This document shows positions 40,301 to 58,100 of a stretch of DNA of 64,000 nt, piece by piece. Source of the stretch: Tubiluchus corallicola (taxonomy: Eukaryota; Animalia; Priapulida); the NCBI GenBank assembly GCA_030141605.1, contig JAQGDQ010002370.1, positions 399,167-463,166 on the forward strand, read 5' to 3'. The position numbers were made by a program, and so were the translations under genes. The first letter of the stretch is position 1; every line of letters starts with the position of its first letter. The notes under the pieces were generated by a model. The model was not told where the DNA came from, made no database searches, and saw only the letters and a list, made by a program, of their open reading frames with translations.

Positions 40301-40382
40301 TTTACTTGCAACACAAGGGCTTTATTATATACTTAACAATGCACAGCTAAAAGACAGAAAAGATGAAAATGAAAAATTGTAG
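16360..40382 (+). CDS. ABCB1: Full-length ABCB1/MDR1 P-glycoprotein-like ABC transporter (TMD-NBD-TMD-NBD), 26 coding exons, about 1382 aa
   Basis: Exons: 16360-16430 (start tentative; fallback ATG at 16918), 16866-17040, 19154-19338, 20105-20342, 20723-20856, 22364-22535, 23741-23865, 24879-25053, 25325-25438, 27451-27561, 28075-28200, 28523-28726, 29237-29407, 29543-29704, 29903-30091, 32150-32302, 32478-32582, 32905-33066, 33731-33934, 34367-34467, 35145-35285, 35842-35998, 36537-36734, 37335-37541, 39093-39239, 40161-40382 (TAG). Total 4149 nt, open frame. Both NBDs are intact: Walker [10 protein letters not shown] and [10 protein letters not shown]-loop VSQEPVLF, signature [15 protein letters not shown], Walker [14 protein letters not shown]-loop IAHRLST. 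One-to-one orthology with vertebrate ABCB1 versus ABCB4/5/11 is not established. Confidence 0.95.
21239..21900 (-). mobile_element. 5'-truncated LINE (CR1/L2-group) 3' end in an ABCB1 intron
   Basis: Minus-strand translation gives ..[43 protein letters not shown], typical of a LINE ORF2 C-terminus with stops and frameshifts. It ends in AATAAA plus a (CTTA)n tail at 21239-21260. Confidence 0.7.
25744..26055. mobile_element. hAT (Charlie-like) MITE in an ABCB1 intron
   Basis: TIR CAGTGGTTTCCAAA ... TTTGGGAACCACTG, a perfect 8-bp TSD GCTTTAGC (25736-25743 and 26056-26063), and internal TTACCCC repeats. Confidence 0.92.
27716..28004. mobile_element. hAT-like MITE in an ABCB1 intron
   Basis: TAGGGATGTGCAAAA ... 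TTTTGCACAACCCT. Flanks TTACTAAT and TTGCTATT resemble a decayed 8-bp TSD. Confidence 0.6.
28371..28409. repeat. 20-bp tandem duplication
   Basis: CCCTCAGCAGTTGATGGGC(A) repeated twice. Confidence 0.85.
30168..30260 (+). mobile_element. hAT-like element left-end fragment
   Basis: CAGAGATGTGCCGATA followed by CCGAT repeats (ccgataccgat, ccgatccgatccgat). No matching right end found. Confidence 0.4.
34007..34198. mobile_element. Palindromic MITE with about 45-bp TIRs in an ABCB1 intron
   Basis: CACAATTAAAAACAAGGAAAAAAGAAAGAACACAATGTTTCAAA is inverted as TTTGAAATGTTGTGTTCTTTCTTTTTCCTTGTTTTTCGGTTGTG. Confidence 0.7.
34664..34731. repeat. Compound microsatellite (GT)n/(GTGC)n/(GTT)n
   Basis: Read directly from the sequence. 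Confidence 0.9.
39811..39872. repeat. About 31-bp imperfect tandem duplication
   Basis: ATTTTCCTCAGGACTTCAACTAGTTAAATAA followed by ATTTTCCTTAGGAACTCAACTAGTTAAATAA. Confidence 0.75.
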
Positions 40383-43250
40383 TAGTGTTATGAAATTTTA
40401 TTGATCTGAAATGCACTGTTCATAATGTTTAGTTTTGCAGGTAATCTTTTTATTATTAATTTTCATACATTTATAGTAAAATAGTAAGATTTACTCTCTA
40501 ATTTGAAAAATTGTTTAATTGCATTCATGATATATGTTGTGTAGATCTTGCATTTGATTAATTATGACATTTTCTTGGATCCATAGAAAAATAGTTTATC
40601 ACTGTATAAAATACATTTGTTGGATAATAAGAAGATAATACCAATTGTAGCCTAGTCATATTTTTGTCCTTATTTTACTATATAGGCAAGACAGTTTTTT
40701 CTTCTAACATCATATCAATTAAAAACTTGATTCCCTATGATCTCTTGATAATTTTTAAATGTTTTTGAAAAAACCGGTGAGATGGTGCTACCTCAGCAGG
40801 TTATATCTAATCTAACAGTGTTCACTTATTAAATTTTTGGTTTGCAAAAATCAGGAGCTTTTTAGATTAGCTACGCATGTCATGATTGCTTGTTGTTTTG
40901 TTTTCAATACCAGCTTGTTTATGTTTAATTAGTTAATTCATTATTCCGATTTTGTATTAATATATTTGTTTACAATATACAGTATGCTAATATTTTCTTG
41001 CATGTATGCTTATATTTTGTGTCATTACAAAGTTCAAATGTCTGCTTGTAAGATTTATGAAGGTATTACAAACTGTAATTCGTCACACTTGATTGCTTTA
41101 TGTAGTTTTACATAATAGCTCACTTTAAATGGTTTTACTGTTAATATATGGTACAATTTTGGTATAAATATGCGCACATTTTACTTCAGTATTTTTTTAT
41201 TTGTTAGCATATAATTATTCATGATTATGCTGTGTATTATCAGTTCATATTAGCTTTGGCTAATGAGTTTAACTGTATTTGTAATGTTTGTAATGCCATG
41301 TCTTAATTATGCCAAGTTGGCGTCATTACCATATTTATAAGTGACAGAGCTTGAGTTAGCCTACTTAATTTTAATAATTGTGAAATGGTTGTCTAGGAAG
41401 CTAGGGTAACTTCAGTACATTGATGTGCAGTTTTTTGTACCAATCACCTGTGGTACAACTAGTCACAAAATTTTACGGTAACGGTACTGACTGATAGTTT
41501 CACACAGTTTAGTGTCTCAATTTATAACACTAAATTAAATGACACCTTGAAATAGGCAAATTTTCATTTATTGATGTTTGGTGCACCATAATCAAACCTT
41601 TTGTTTTTAGGGCAAACTGTACTAAGTGTAGATTAAAAAGGCAAGTTAAATGCACTTTGTTCCACATTAAAAAATATTACTGTGATAAATTTGTAAAGCT
41701 AATTTTAGTGCTGTTTTCCTTCTTGTAACTATTATTATTAGTGGATCATGTTAAATTTCTCATATTTTTAAATACTGATGAGTGCAAAATAACGTTGACA
41801 AATTTAAACTCTGTAGGCCATTCCAGAGGATCTAATTTTTCTATGTATCATTTTGTTGTGTTACATAGCTACTATTTTTGAGAGAAGTAATAGTTATCGT
41901 TAATTGTAAAAACCGTGATTTAAATTATTTCTAATACTGTTTTAATTGTATATAACTTAATGTCCATCTTACTGTATAATCAGGACCACAGTACATGACA
42001 TCCTCTTGAAATGGGGTCACCACCATCAGGCATACTACCCTGCCTGAATATCACATTTTGAATCTCTGCGAAGTATTACATTAGCCACTGTTGAATGACT
42101 AACTAGTCTATGGTTATTGTGTCACGACATCGGCTACACAATTTTGGCTCACTAAGCATTTTTTGCTATGATTTCAAAAGCTACCATTCTGTGTGAAGTT
42201 TGTGCACATCAAAAACTGGGTGAAAAATCCTTTGTTACAAACATGCCAAGAACCTAAAGTCTAACTTTGCACCAAATTTCACTTTTAGAGAATGATAACA
42301 TTCCTCTTTTTTACAATATATTTTAGACCCTTTGTGTGTTGATAGTGATATTTTGAACATTTTCAAATTGTGCACTAATGTTAGAAAAAATCACAAGATA
42401 TCGTATTATTTAAAAGATAGTGACAATTGTAACAAAGTCAAATCGTGTGAGGAGAATAACTAATATAACAACAGGAGCTATTATCTGTTATATTATATAA
42501 CAACAGATGATGCAATAGTTCGCAAAGATCACAAACGCTGTAGACTGGTGGTTTTGAACTTATGGTAGTGACTGTAGTAGAGCACTGTGCTGCTAGAATT
42601 GTATAAAAATATAATAATTCGGAAGAATAAACGTAAGGATCATAAACTCTTTGGATGTTTTTAATGATCACTTGATTATATAATTGTTAATACTGATTCA
42701 ATTAGCAGGCTACAAGTGCTCGTTCTTTTGTTAGAGAAGTGATACTTGTTTGTAGAATGAACAGATTTAGAATATTAAAAGGTCAGAGACTCAGAATTAG
42801 GAAAAAGTGAAACAATGCTAGTTTATAAACTGATTTTTTCATTTTTGAAAATGATTATACTGTCGTGCAATGAAGAAAAGTTCAGACAGTTGTGTAGTGT
42901 AATGTAACCACTATTTCATCATTTTTAGAACATCATAAAGTTGCAGTGATAAAATATAAAAGATAATCCAGTTTTTTCAGCTATTTTGCATTTTTTACAA
43001 GAAAATGTGACTCTTGTACAGTTAGTGATAATAATAATGTTTGTAAAGGCTGTAATTTCAGAGTTAAATTGAAGTTTAGCCATTTTTCACCAATTGCTAA
43101 GTTATTTTTCATGAGGCCCAGGAAAAAATCCAACAGATAATAGAGTTTTTTGTAATTGGCATCTGAATGACTGCCAAGAGTTTTCAAATTTATAAAACAA
43201 GGACAAGCAAACAATTACAGATAAATAGACAAACTTATTCATATTAAACA

Positions 43251-50298
<7,048 letters not shown>

Positions 50299-50784
50299 TT
50301 AACCAGCGTCTGCCAACATGGGATATCAGTTTATTTTATTCAGCTTCGTTTTATTTCTATTCACACCACGGAAACGTTGAACGACAGTGTCGGTCCTGTC
50401 GGACACCAGAGAAATGAGAAAATAATCTTCATCACGCCTCTGACGGGCACAGTAGATTTTATTGAGATAAAACACTGAAACCCATCAGTTCAAAACACTG
50501 TGAAACATTAAAGCATTAAAATTAAACTGTACATATATTATACATGCATGGATACCAGACACTAATTTGAGGCAGTAAGCTTAATGATATCATCTGGCAT
50601 GACGTTTCTGGGCTTGTATGTATTTACGTATCTAACCAGAAAAAGCAGCTAAAACCATGTAAAGCTAGTTCTCGCTAAAATGCTGTAAAAGTTCACTCCT
50701 TTTTATTCCCATAAACAAGCCAATGTTAAACAAGACGAGTGATTTTGGTTTAGCCAGGAAGTGCTTATTTGTGTTATCAAAATT

Positions 50785-50850
50785 TGACATAATTATTACA
50801 AAAATGATGCTTATGCTATATAACACAAGCATCATTTTTGTAAGATGTCA
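50785..50850. repeat. Short near-perfect palindrome between the PHLPP 3' end and the PSMA7 promoter
   Basis: TTACAAAAATGATGCTT (50796) pairs perfectly with AAGCATCATTTTTGTAA (ending 50843) over 17 bp, flanked by TGACAT/ATGTCA. Confidence 0.8.
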
Positions 50851-51055
50851 CATTGTTTTAAAAAACATTTTGATGTAAAGGTAGATAACTGTTTCAAAAC
50901 TATTTTGCCGATTTTTTTTGCAAACTGCGTAGGAGATTATTGTAAGTTAAAATTAGTTAAGTTAAAATTATATTATAATTATGTAATATTTAATATGTAA
51001 TAGCAAATAAGTATTTCCACAAACAGATTGATAAACCACTTCTGGATAGTTAAAC

Positions 51056-51061
51056 TTTATT
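51056..51061 (-). promoter_or_regulatory. Candidate polyadenylation signal of PHLPP
   Basis: AATAAA on the minus strand about 1.1 kb downstream of the stop codon, at the end of a U-rich 3' UTR-like tract. Confidence 0.4.
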
Positions 51062-52147
51062 AAAAATAATATAATTGCTTCAATTATCACATCTTTACCT
51101 ACTATAATAATTCCTAATACCATCACCAGAATTTATGACTTCACATTTTATAAAAATAATTATTACAAAACTATGTATAAAACTTATAATATCATTATAT
51201 ACAACATAAATTGCCTTCACCAACAAAAAACTTACAAAACTGACGAAAAGTAGCAATACAAAACAAATAAACAAACCACTGAAATAATAAAACAGTAAAA
51301 AATTAATAAGAAATTGTTCTCACAAAACACACAATTAAATATTCCTCTAAATTTCTTTCACAGCCAAAGCTATCAAGTTCTCCAGCAGCATAATATACAA
51401 CTAACTCACAGCAGCTACAAAGGCTGTGCATATAAGTATGTAAACAAGAAGATGTCATACTATCATTATTTTGCATTGGAATAATTACTTAAAATTATAC
51501 AATCATCATATATTTCACTATTATATTTTAATATGACCAAAGAAAAACTTCAAGAAACATCATTACCATGTAATATTTACAGTTGCAAATATTCTACAGA
51601 AATAAGTAATATACATACTTATAAAACTTGAAGTTCTCATCACCAAAATACCTATGTTCAGCCCATGGTAAGAATGTACACATATATGCACAATTAAGAA
51701 TTATAGAAAGATAATGTCTAGAAAAATATAATACAATTTTTACTTCGTACAGTGGTAAGAAAAACATTCAAAAATCAACTATTTCTATTACAGCATAATC
51801 TATAGACAAACTCGATGAGCACACTAAATCATCCTGAACAGCAATTATAGTTATAGATTATAGATTCTTACAATTAATTGATAACAAACTTGAGAAACTT
51901 CAGATTCAGAAGAGTAAAACACAACAGTATAATAATATAATCACCTTATTTTTAGTAGCCTTCATATACCTCAAACTCCAATACATCCCAAAAAAGATGT
52001 TCTACAACATTACTTTTCATACATATAAAACAAGACAACTTTATATGCATATCAGAACAGATGAATGTGTTCTAACATATATCTGTACTCTAAATTCATT
52101 TCCTATTCGAGTCTTTTGATCAAATGATCAAACACATATTCGTGTTA

Positions 52148-55100
52148 CTACAATCTTGTGTCAGTAAAGCTTACAGTTGTGACGACAGATTTTGGATGCA
52201 CTGATTCATTTTCATACTCTCCATTGAGCAGCTGGTTTGAATTAGAGATCTTTGTGTTACGCATCAAAGCTTGTTTCTCTGCAGGTGTGATAGGTCGTGC
52301 CAGCATCTGCTTTGAGCTGTTCTGCTGATCTTCTGGAAGAAAGTCCCAAGAATTGTATTTGCCAATTGTGGTGTTGCTGCTGTGTGATTCAGACAGTTGC
52401 TCATCTCTCTGTGATTCAGTCTGACTAGCTGAAAGCATACCTATTAATAAAACAAGTTCTACTGTAAGTTTGATTAACATTGCCACTGATTCTAGGATTA
52501 CTATAATATTAGATTATTACAACACATTTAGGGCATACAGTGACTATTGACTTAGCTGAGCAGCCAATTTATAAGTAAGCATTATCAGCTTTGAGCCTTT
52601 GATCAGTAGATGGCGTTACAAGTACTTTGCAATAAATTTTTATACAGTAGGCGCCGCTTAATAGACTCACGGTTAATAGAGTCAATCACTTAATTGACTC
52701 AAAAACGGTTGGAACGGGCGCTTCAATTCAAATATACGTAAAAACTATCGGTAACTGACTCAAATAAGTTCGTATAATTGATTCAATATTTTTCCTTCAC
52801 CTACTTAAAATAAGATATTTGTAGGTGCCAAAAGAGCCTTTCCTACTTTTATGCCACCGTTACTTCCGTTTTGTGCACTATGTATGCAGAAACAATCATG
52901 TTAAGTACCGTTTTGTTTATAAGCAGGTACGATTATCATGCACTATTACGCTACGCTAACCTCGAATTTCTGGAAGCTAAACATTTATGCACTTGCCCAG
53001 CGTTTTCCTTTTGATGCTCTCGTTGCAAATCACGCTTTCAGGCTTAATGAGTTAACAGTCAAAGATGCAGGTGCAGTAATCAGCTGATATTCCTTGTGAC
53101 TTACGTAAACGTCGTGCAGCAAATATGGGCAATGTAAGTGAGTAGACGATTCAGAACTGTTTTAGTCACACACAACAACAAATTGTCAACGTTTTTATAA
53201 TTACAAGAACTTTGTGGGCCAACTTCTTCGCGAGAAAATGAAGTAGCCGACTTTGAAGGAATTTTTGTAATTTTTGCAAATGAGCAGACTTGTGTGATTT
53301 CAAAAAGATTACTTTTTAATATATTGCTAATTCACTTATAAAAATTAATATTTTAAAAATATTTTTTCTAATTTTTAACTGCACAAAGGAATTTAGGCAT
53401 TATTTCATTTCTAAATTCATTAAAAACCTTTGCAGTGCATAGTAAGCAGATGACTCATACTTCTATACCTGTAATACTACACACATCGGTTAATATGTTC
53501 AGTACGTTAATTGGGTCAAAACACTTCGGTCCCAAAGTGAGTCTATTAAGCGGTGCCTACTGAAGTACCAAAAATATATATCCTGGCTATGTTTTCTAAG
53601 TCCATCTAAGGATTACATAACATGCTAATTCAGTAAATTCTTGCAGGGGAACATAGAGGAATTTTAGAGGAACACTAAAATCAAAACATAGATCATTCCT
53701 TAGGGTGCCAGGAAGCTTGAATTAGGCAATCGATAATTTCATAATTCTGTCATGTGATGAGAATTCTATTCCGTACACATCTTATACCTTCTTGATTTTT
53801 CAACTTTTGACTTTTTCTTGTGAGCGAATGTGAAGACAATTGACTTGGTATTACAGCAATTTCGTCGTCCACAGTATCATGGCAAATACGCCGATATGAA
53901 ATTCCATTTTCAGCAAAGTCATCATTTGATTTGATCCTCATCTCTTCAGATTCATAGAATGCCTAAGATAAAATATTAAGTTCTGGTGAAACAGATATAA
54001 TCTCATTTGCAAAAAATAATGATGACTGCACGATGATGGCAATGAAATTTATCCTAAATTAACACTACCATATACTTTTGTCTGAAAACATTATCCATAT
54101 TCCTGAAGACAGGAAAGTAATTCAGATCTGTTATATGACATAAACAAACAGTGACTGACTTAATAGTCAAATACCAAGACTGGAAACTTATTTTTAAAGG
54201 AATGGTCAAGCTTCCTGGGAAGTTAACCTTATTTCAACTTTCACGAAAAATGTTAGAAGGATGTAGTAATAAAAGTACGATAAGCTTCATGTGTAACAGA
54301 GTTACAGAGTAAAATCTCTTTAAAGTCGCGATCGTTTCAAGCGTTGGCACTTTCATTTTGAACGCCCCTTCTTCCACTAATCACGTCATTCATCATCTGA
54401 AGAAAAGCAGCGCATCATCAATTTCCGTCAAAAGTAAGAAAATTTCAACTGAATGGCAGCTACCACTGCACCCAAAAATATCATTACTGTGGCAGTATAA
54501 ATTAATTTTGTATTTCATTAAAACTTTTTTGGAAATTTCATTGGATATTTCTAAGTTTCACTGATACCAGTAAAAAAAACCAACATGCTAGGTGATTTGT
54601 CCTTTCCTTCAATAAGCAGTACATGTTACCTTGGTAGGTATTCTGGGTTCACTTTCTGTAAAGCCATGGCCTCCATAACCATTCATACGAGATGGAGGCC
54701 TATGTACAACGTGATCGCTTCCACACCTAGTTCGAGGAGATTGATCGGATCTTCGTTGGTTATGTCCGTGATGCCCATGAGAAACATTAGACTTCACTGA
54801 GACTATGCTGAAAGAAATTAGTGATATATTGTAAAAACAGGAGCAATCAATCATCATTCATTAACATATATATATATATATATTATATACATACTACTAG
54901 TTTGCGAAATTTAAAGTCTTTTTCAATTTTTCTAATATTTAAGAACTATAATTAACTGGTTATCCAGTTAAGTACAAGTACTGCAATTATTCTAGCATAA
55001 CTTTCGTGAGAACACATTGGTAAACTATTACAGTGAATGTTCTTAACTTGAAATCTGCCATACATCTGTGGTAAAGACATCATTTACCTATTACAACTTG

Positions 55101-58100
55101 ATCTTGATCCATTAACTGTGGAATAACTGAGATGACAGCCTCTCTGGTGATATTTGCGCACAAGGCGCTGAGTTACAGACAAACTGAGATTGAGTCGAAT
55201 TACCATCACACTCAGATTTTCTTTTGATCCATAACTCTGTGCAATATCCTGAAATAGTGATAGTAATGAATGAAGTTTTCAAAGTAAGCTGGTTTATAGT
55301 TATAGTGTTCTTATGACATAAAAACATATTATATTCATATGATGTTATATGCCACTTTCTACATTTTAGATGTGATGGCTGCTGAAGTTAACACACCAGT
55401 TTCTACTAGGCAATCAAGCACTCATTACTTTTATTAGAAGATTTGGAGTAAAAAGTAAAATTTTTCATTGAATTGAGCTTGTGGTTTGTTGTGATTTCAT
55501 TTTGCCAGAACCAATGAAGTCTTCCAGTTATCCCTTACAAAATCTAATAGTTTTTAAATGGCCATTCAAAAGTACATTTCTCTACATGTTGACAGACAGA
55601 TCTATAATTTATTTGACCTCTTTCCCCCTTTCTTTGGCATTCATCGGTTTCATGCGACCATTGATCTTTGCCTGATAGGTATACAAAAAACATGCAAAAC
55701 ATACAATGAGTATCATGTTGTACAATATGCGTTAGAAATAATGCTTGAATAATGCCATAGTGTCACAGAATTTATTTCACACATAATTTAGGTAAATGTT
55801 ACGTTATTCCCCGATTTCTATAAATATTGAAATGCAACTGTATATTCCTACCTGAAGCTTTTTAGCTGCAAGAACCGGGTTTTGAATTTCTCTAATCTCG
55901 GCCACAGCTTCCTCGTATGATACATACTGCCAGACTCCACTGTTAGCAATGATGATAAGCTCATCATCATGTCGCAGTGTAACGGTAGTGACGTGAGGAT
56001 CAGGAACCACAGCCGGGTACAGGTAACTACAACCTAACAGACGTGTGGCTTCTGTATTGCCATTCACTTTATTATCCTAAAATATAAAGCAATGCTTTAT
56101 TACTAACCTCACTTAATTTGTTTAAACTCAAGTAGTGCATTAAACTGGAAACTGCATCTAGTCAAATATTCAGCAGAATATTCTTAGCAGTAACTGAAAT
56201 GGCCATACTTGTTGCGTTTTTCTTTTCTGCATTTTCTCTACAATAAAGCCTTTTCATCTTATAATATATAATCATTGTGTCGTTTTATTTCTTTAATGTA
56301 AAATATTTTATTTGTGATCAGTGACGCATAAAATAATGATTTAGGCGATTTAAAATTTAAGTTTTTACTTTACAAATGTAAATTGATTATTGAGACCAAC
56401 AAATTAGTAATGTCAGATGTCACTGCTATTAATGTACAGGGTTTATTTAATGACTACAAAAGAACAAAAAGTTAATTCTAGGCAGGAAAAATATATAATT
56501 TGTATTATCTATTTGACGTAGCATTAGTGTTTACATAGATACAGGTGTTTGCAGCCTATCACTCCTTTTAATTAATTATTCAATTAAGTAAAGTACTCAG
56601 TCAATTACATGAAGCTACAATGACTAGTGTCCAACATTCACAATAGGCTAATGCTTTAGATAAAACTAATAAATAAGACTTACCCTGCACATCTCTACCA
56701 ATCAAAGTCCTCGAATTTTTGATGATTCCGCCAAATTATTAAACAATATGACAATATAATTGAATGTATTTTAGGAATTACAAAATACATGGATAATAAC
56801 TTGAAGTTTGTATGATGCAAATATGCCATCCTTGTATAGTAGCACAGAACTTACTTCAGTGATGATGCCATCACTACGTCTTGTTCTTTCGCACTCTAGT
56901 GGATCCCCAGCTACTGTGAATAATCGGGTAAGTTTCATTGGCTCACCCTGTCTGCACAGAATGACTTCGACATGGCCAACATTTGCCAAATTAAGAATGT
57001 ACTCTTCAAAGTTATCAACCAAAGACATATGCAGGTGACACAGTACTGTTGCTGCACCAAGCCGCTGCCCACTTGCCTTCAACTTTCTACAAAATAAGAG
57101 TAAAATCGATCAGAAAGGAAAAATAAAATGGAATATGTTGTACACTAATATAGTGATATAGCTGCATTACTTTCGGGCACTTCAAAATTCATGTAGATGA
57201 TGGCAGCTATATCAAGTAATACCCAACTATATTGCACAAACTATTATACATTTTTTTATAAGAACTATGTGAAAGTTATGGCAAAATTGTTGGCTATCCC
57301 AGTATTAAACAAAAGCCTTAAAATTTTAACCAAAAAAATAAAGCAATTACAGTTCACATATTAAAATTAATTTGGTACAGTATAAACCGTTAATAACGAG
57401 TTTCAAGGGACTGTTTGCTCGCCATAAACGAGTCTCGTTATAGCCGAGGTCAACTGCCTGAGTGTATGTGCTATATAGAAATGAAGCCAACAATGAAAAG
57501 AGTACTTTTTGAGACTGGTGCAAGTTTTTTAATATGTGCCACAGTTCAGCAACTATTTTATCATAAAAAAATAAGCTTTTAATGTTTAAACTCCATTATT
57601 ACTATAATTGTGCAATACATTCCTGCCGCAGAGTTGTTTTGATTGTGACGTCTGCTGACAGTCGAGTGTGTTTTGCGTAGGCGTTGTAATCATTTAAATG
57701 CTAGTGCAAAACCTTGGATGTCTCTATGGGTGGAAAGAACGGCTGGTTTTTATTTAAATAAACGAGGTATAACTGTTGAAGATTATAGCATGGACCTACA
57801 TCGCTTATTAACTAAACCTACACTAGCCTACGTTGCAAGTTTGCTGCCAGAGAGAAAACTCATTAGTCTGAACATTCCATAAGATTAGATGCTGAATAAG
57901 TATCAACTGTTCGGATGTATATAAAATTTCCCCCGATGAGACAAAAAGCCAACGCCAGATAAAACTGCAAAAAAGCAATTTGCCAGCCAGCATTGTTTAA
58001 TTTCTGCCAGTAATTACACTCCGTGACCACTCAGCAAACCTCTCCTCAACTTAGGCAAGAGTTTGCAGACTGAGCAGCTGATTCACTCACCTATGCGCTG

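Noticed and set aside
52429-52486. Signal-peptide-like start of ORF 52148-52486, suggesting a secreted peptide gene
   Set aside because: The hydrophobic part is intron read-through upstream of the acceptor at 52429. The remainder is the phase-matched last PHLPP exon.
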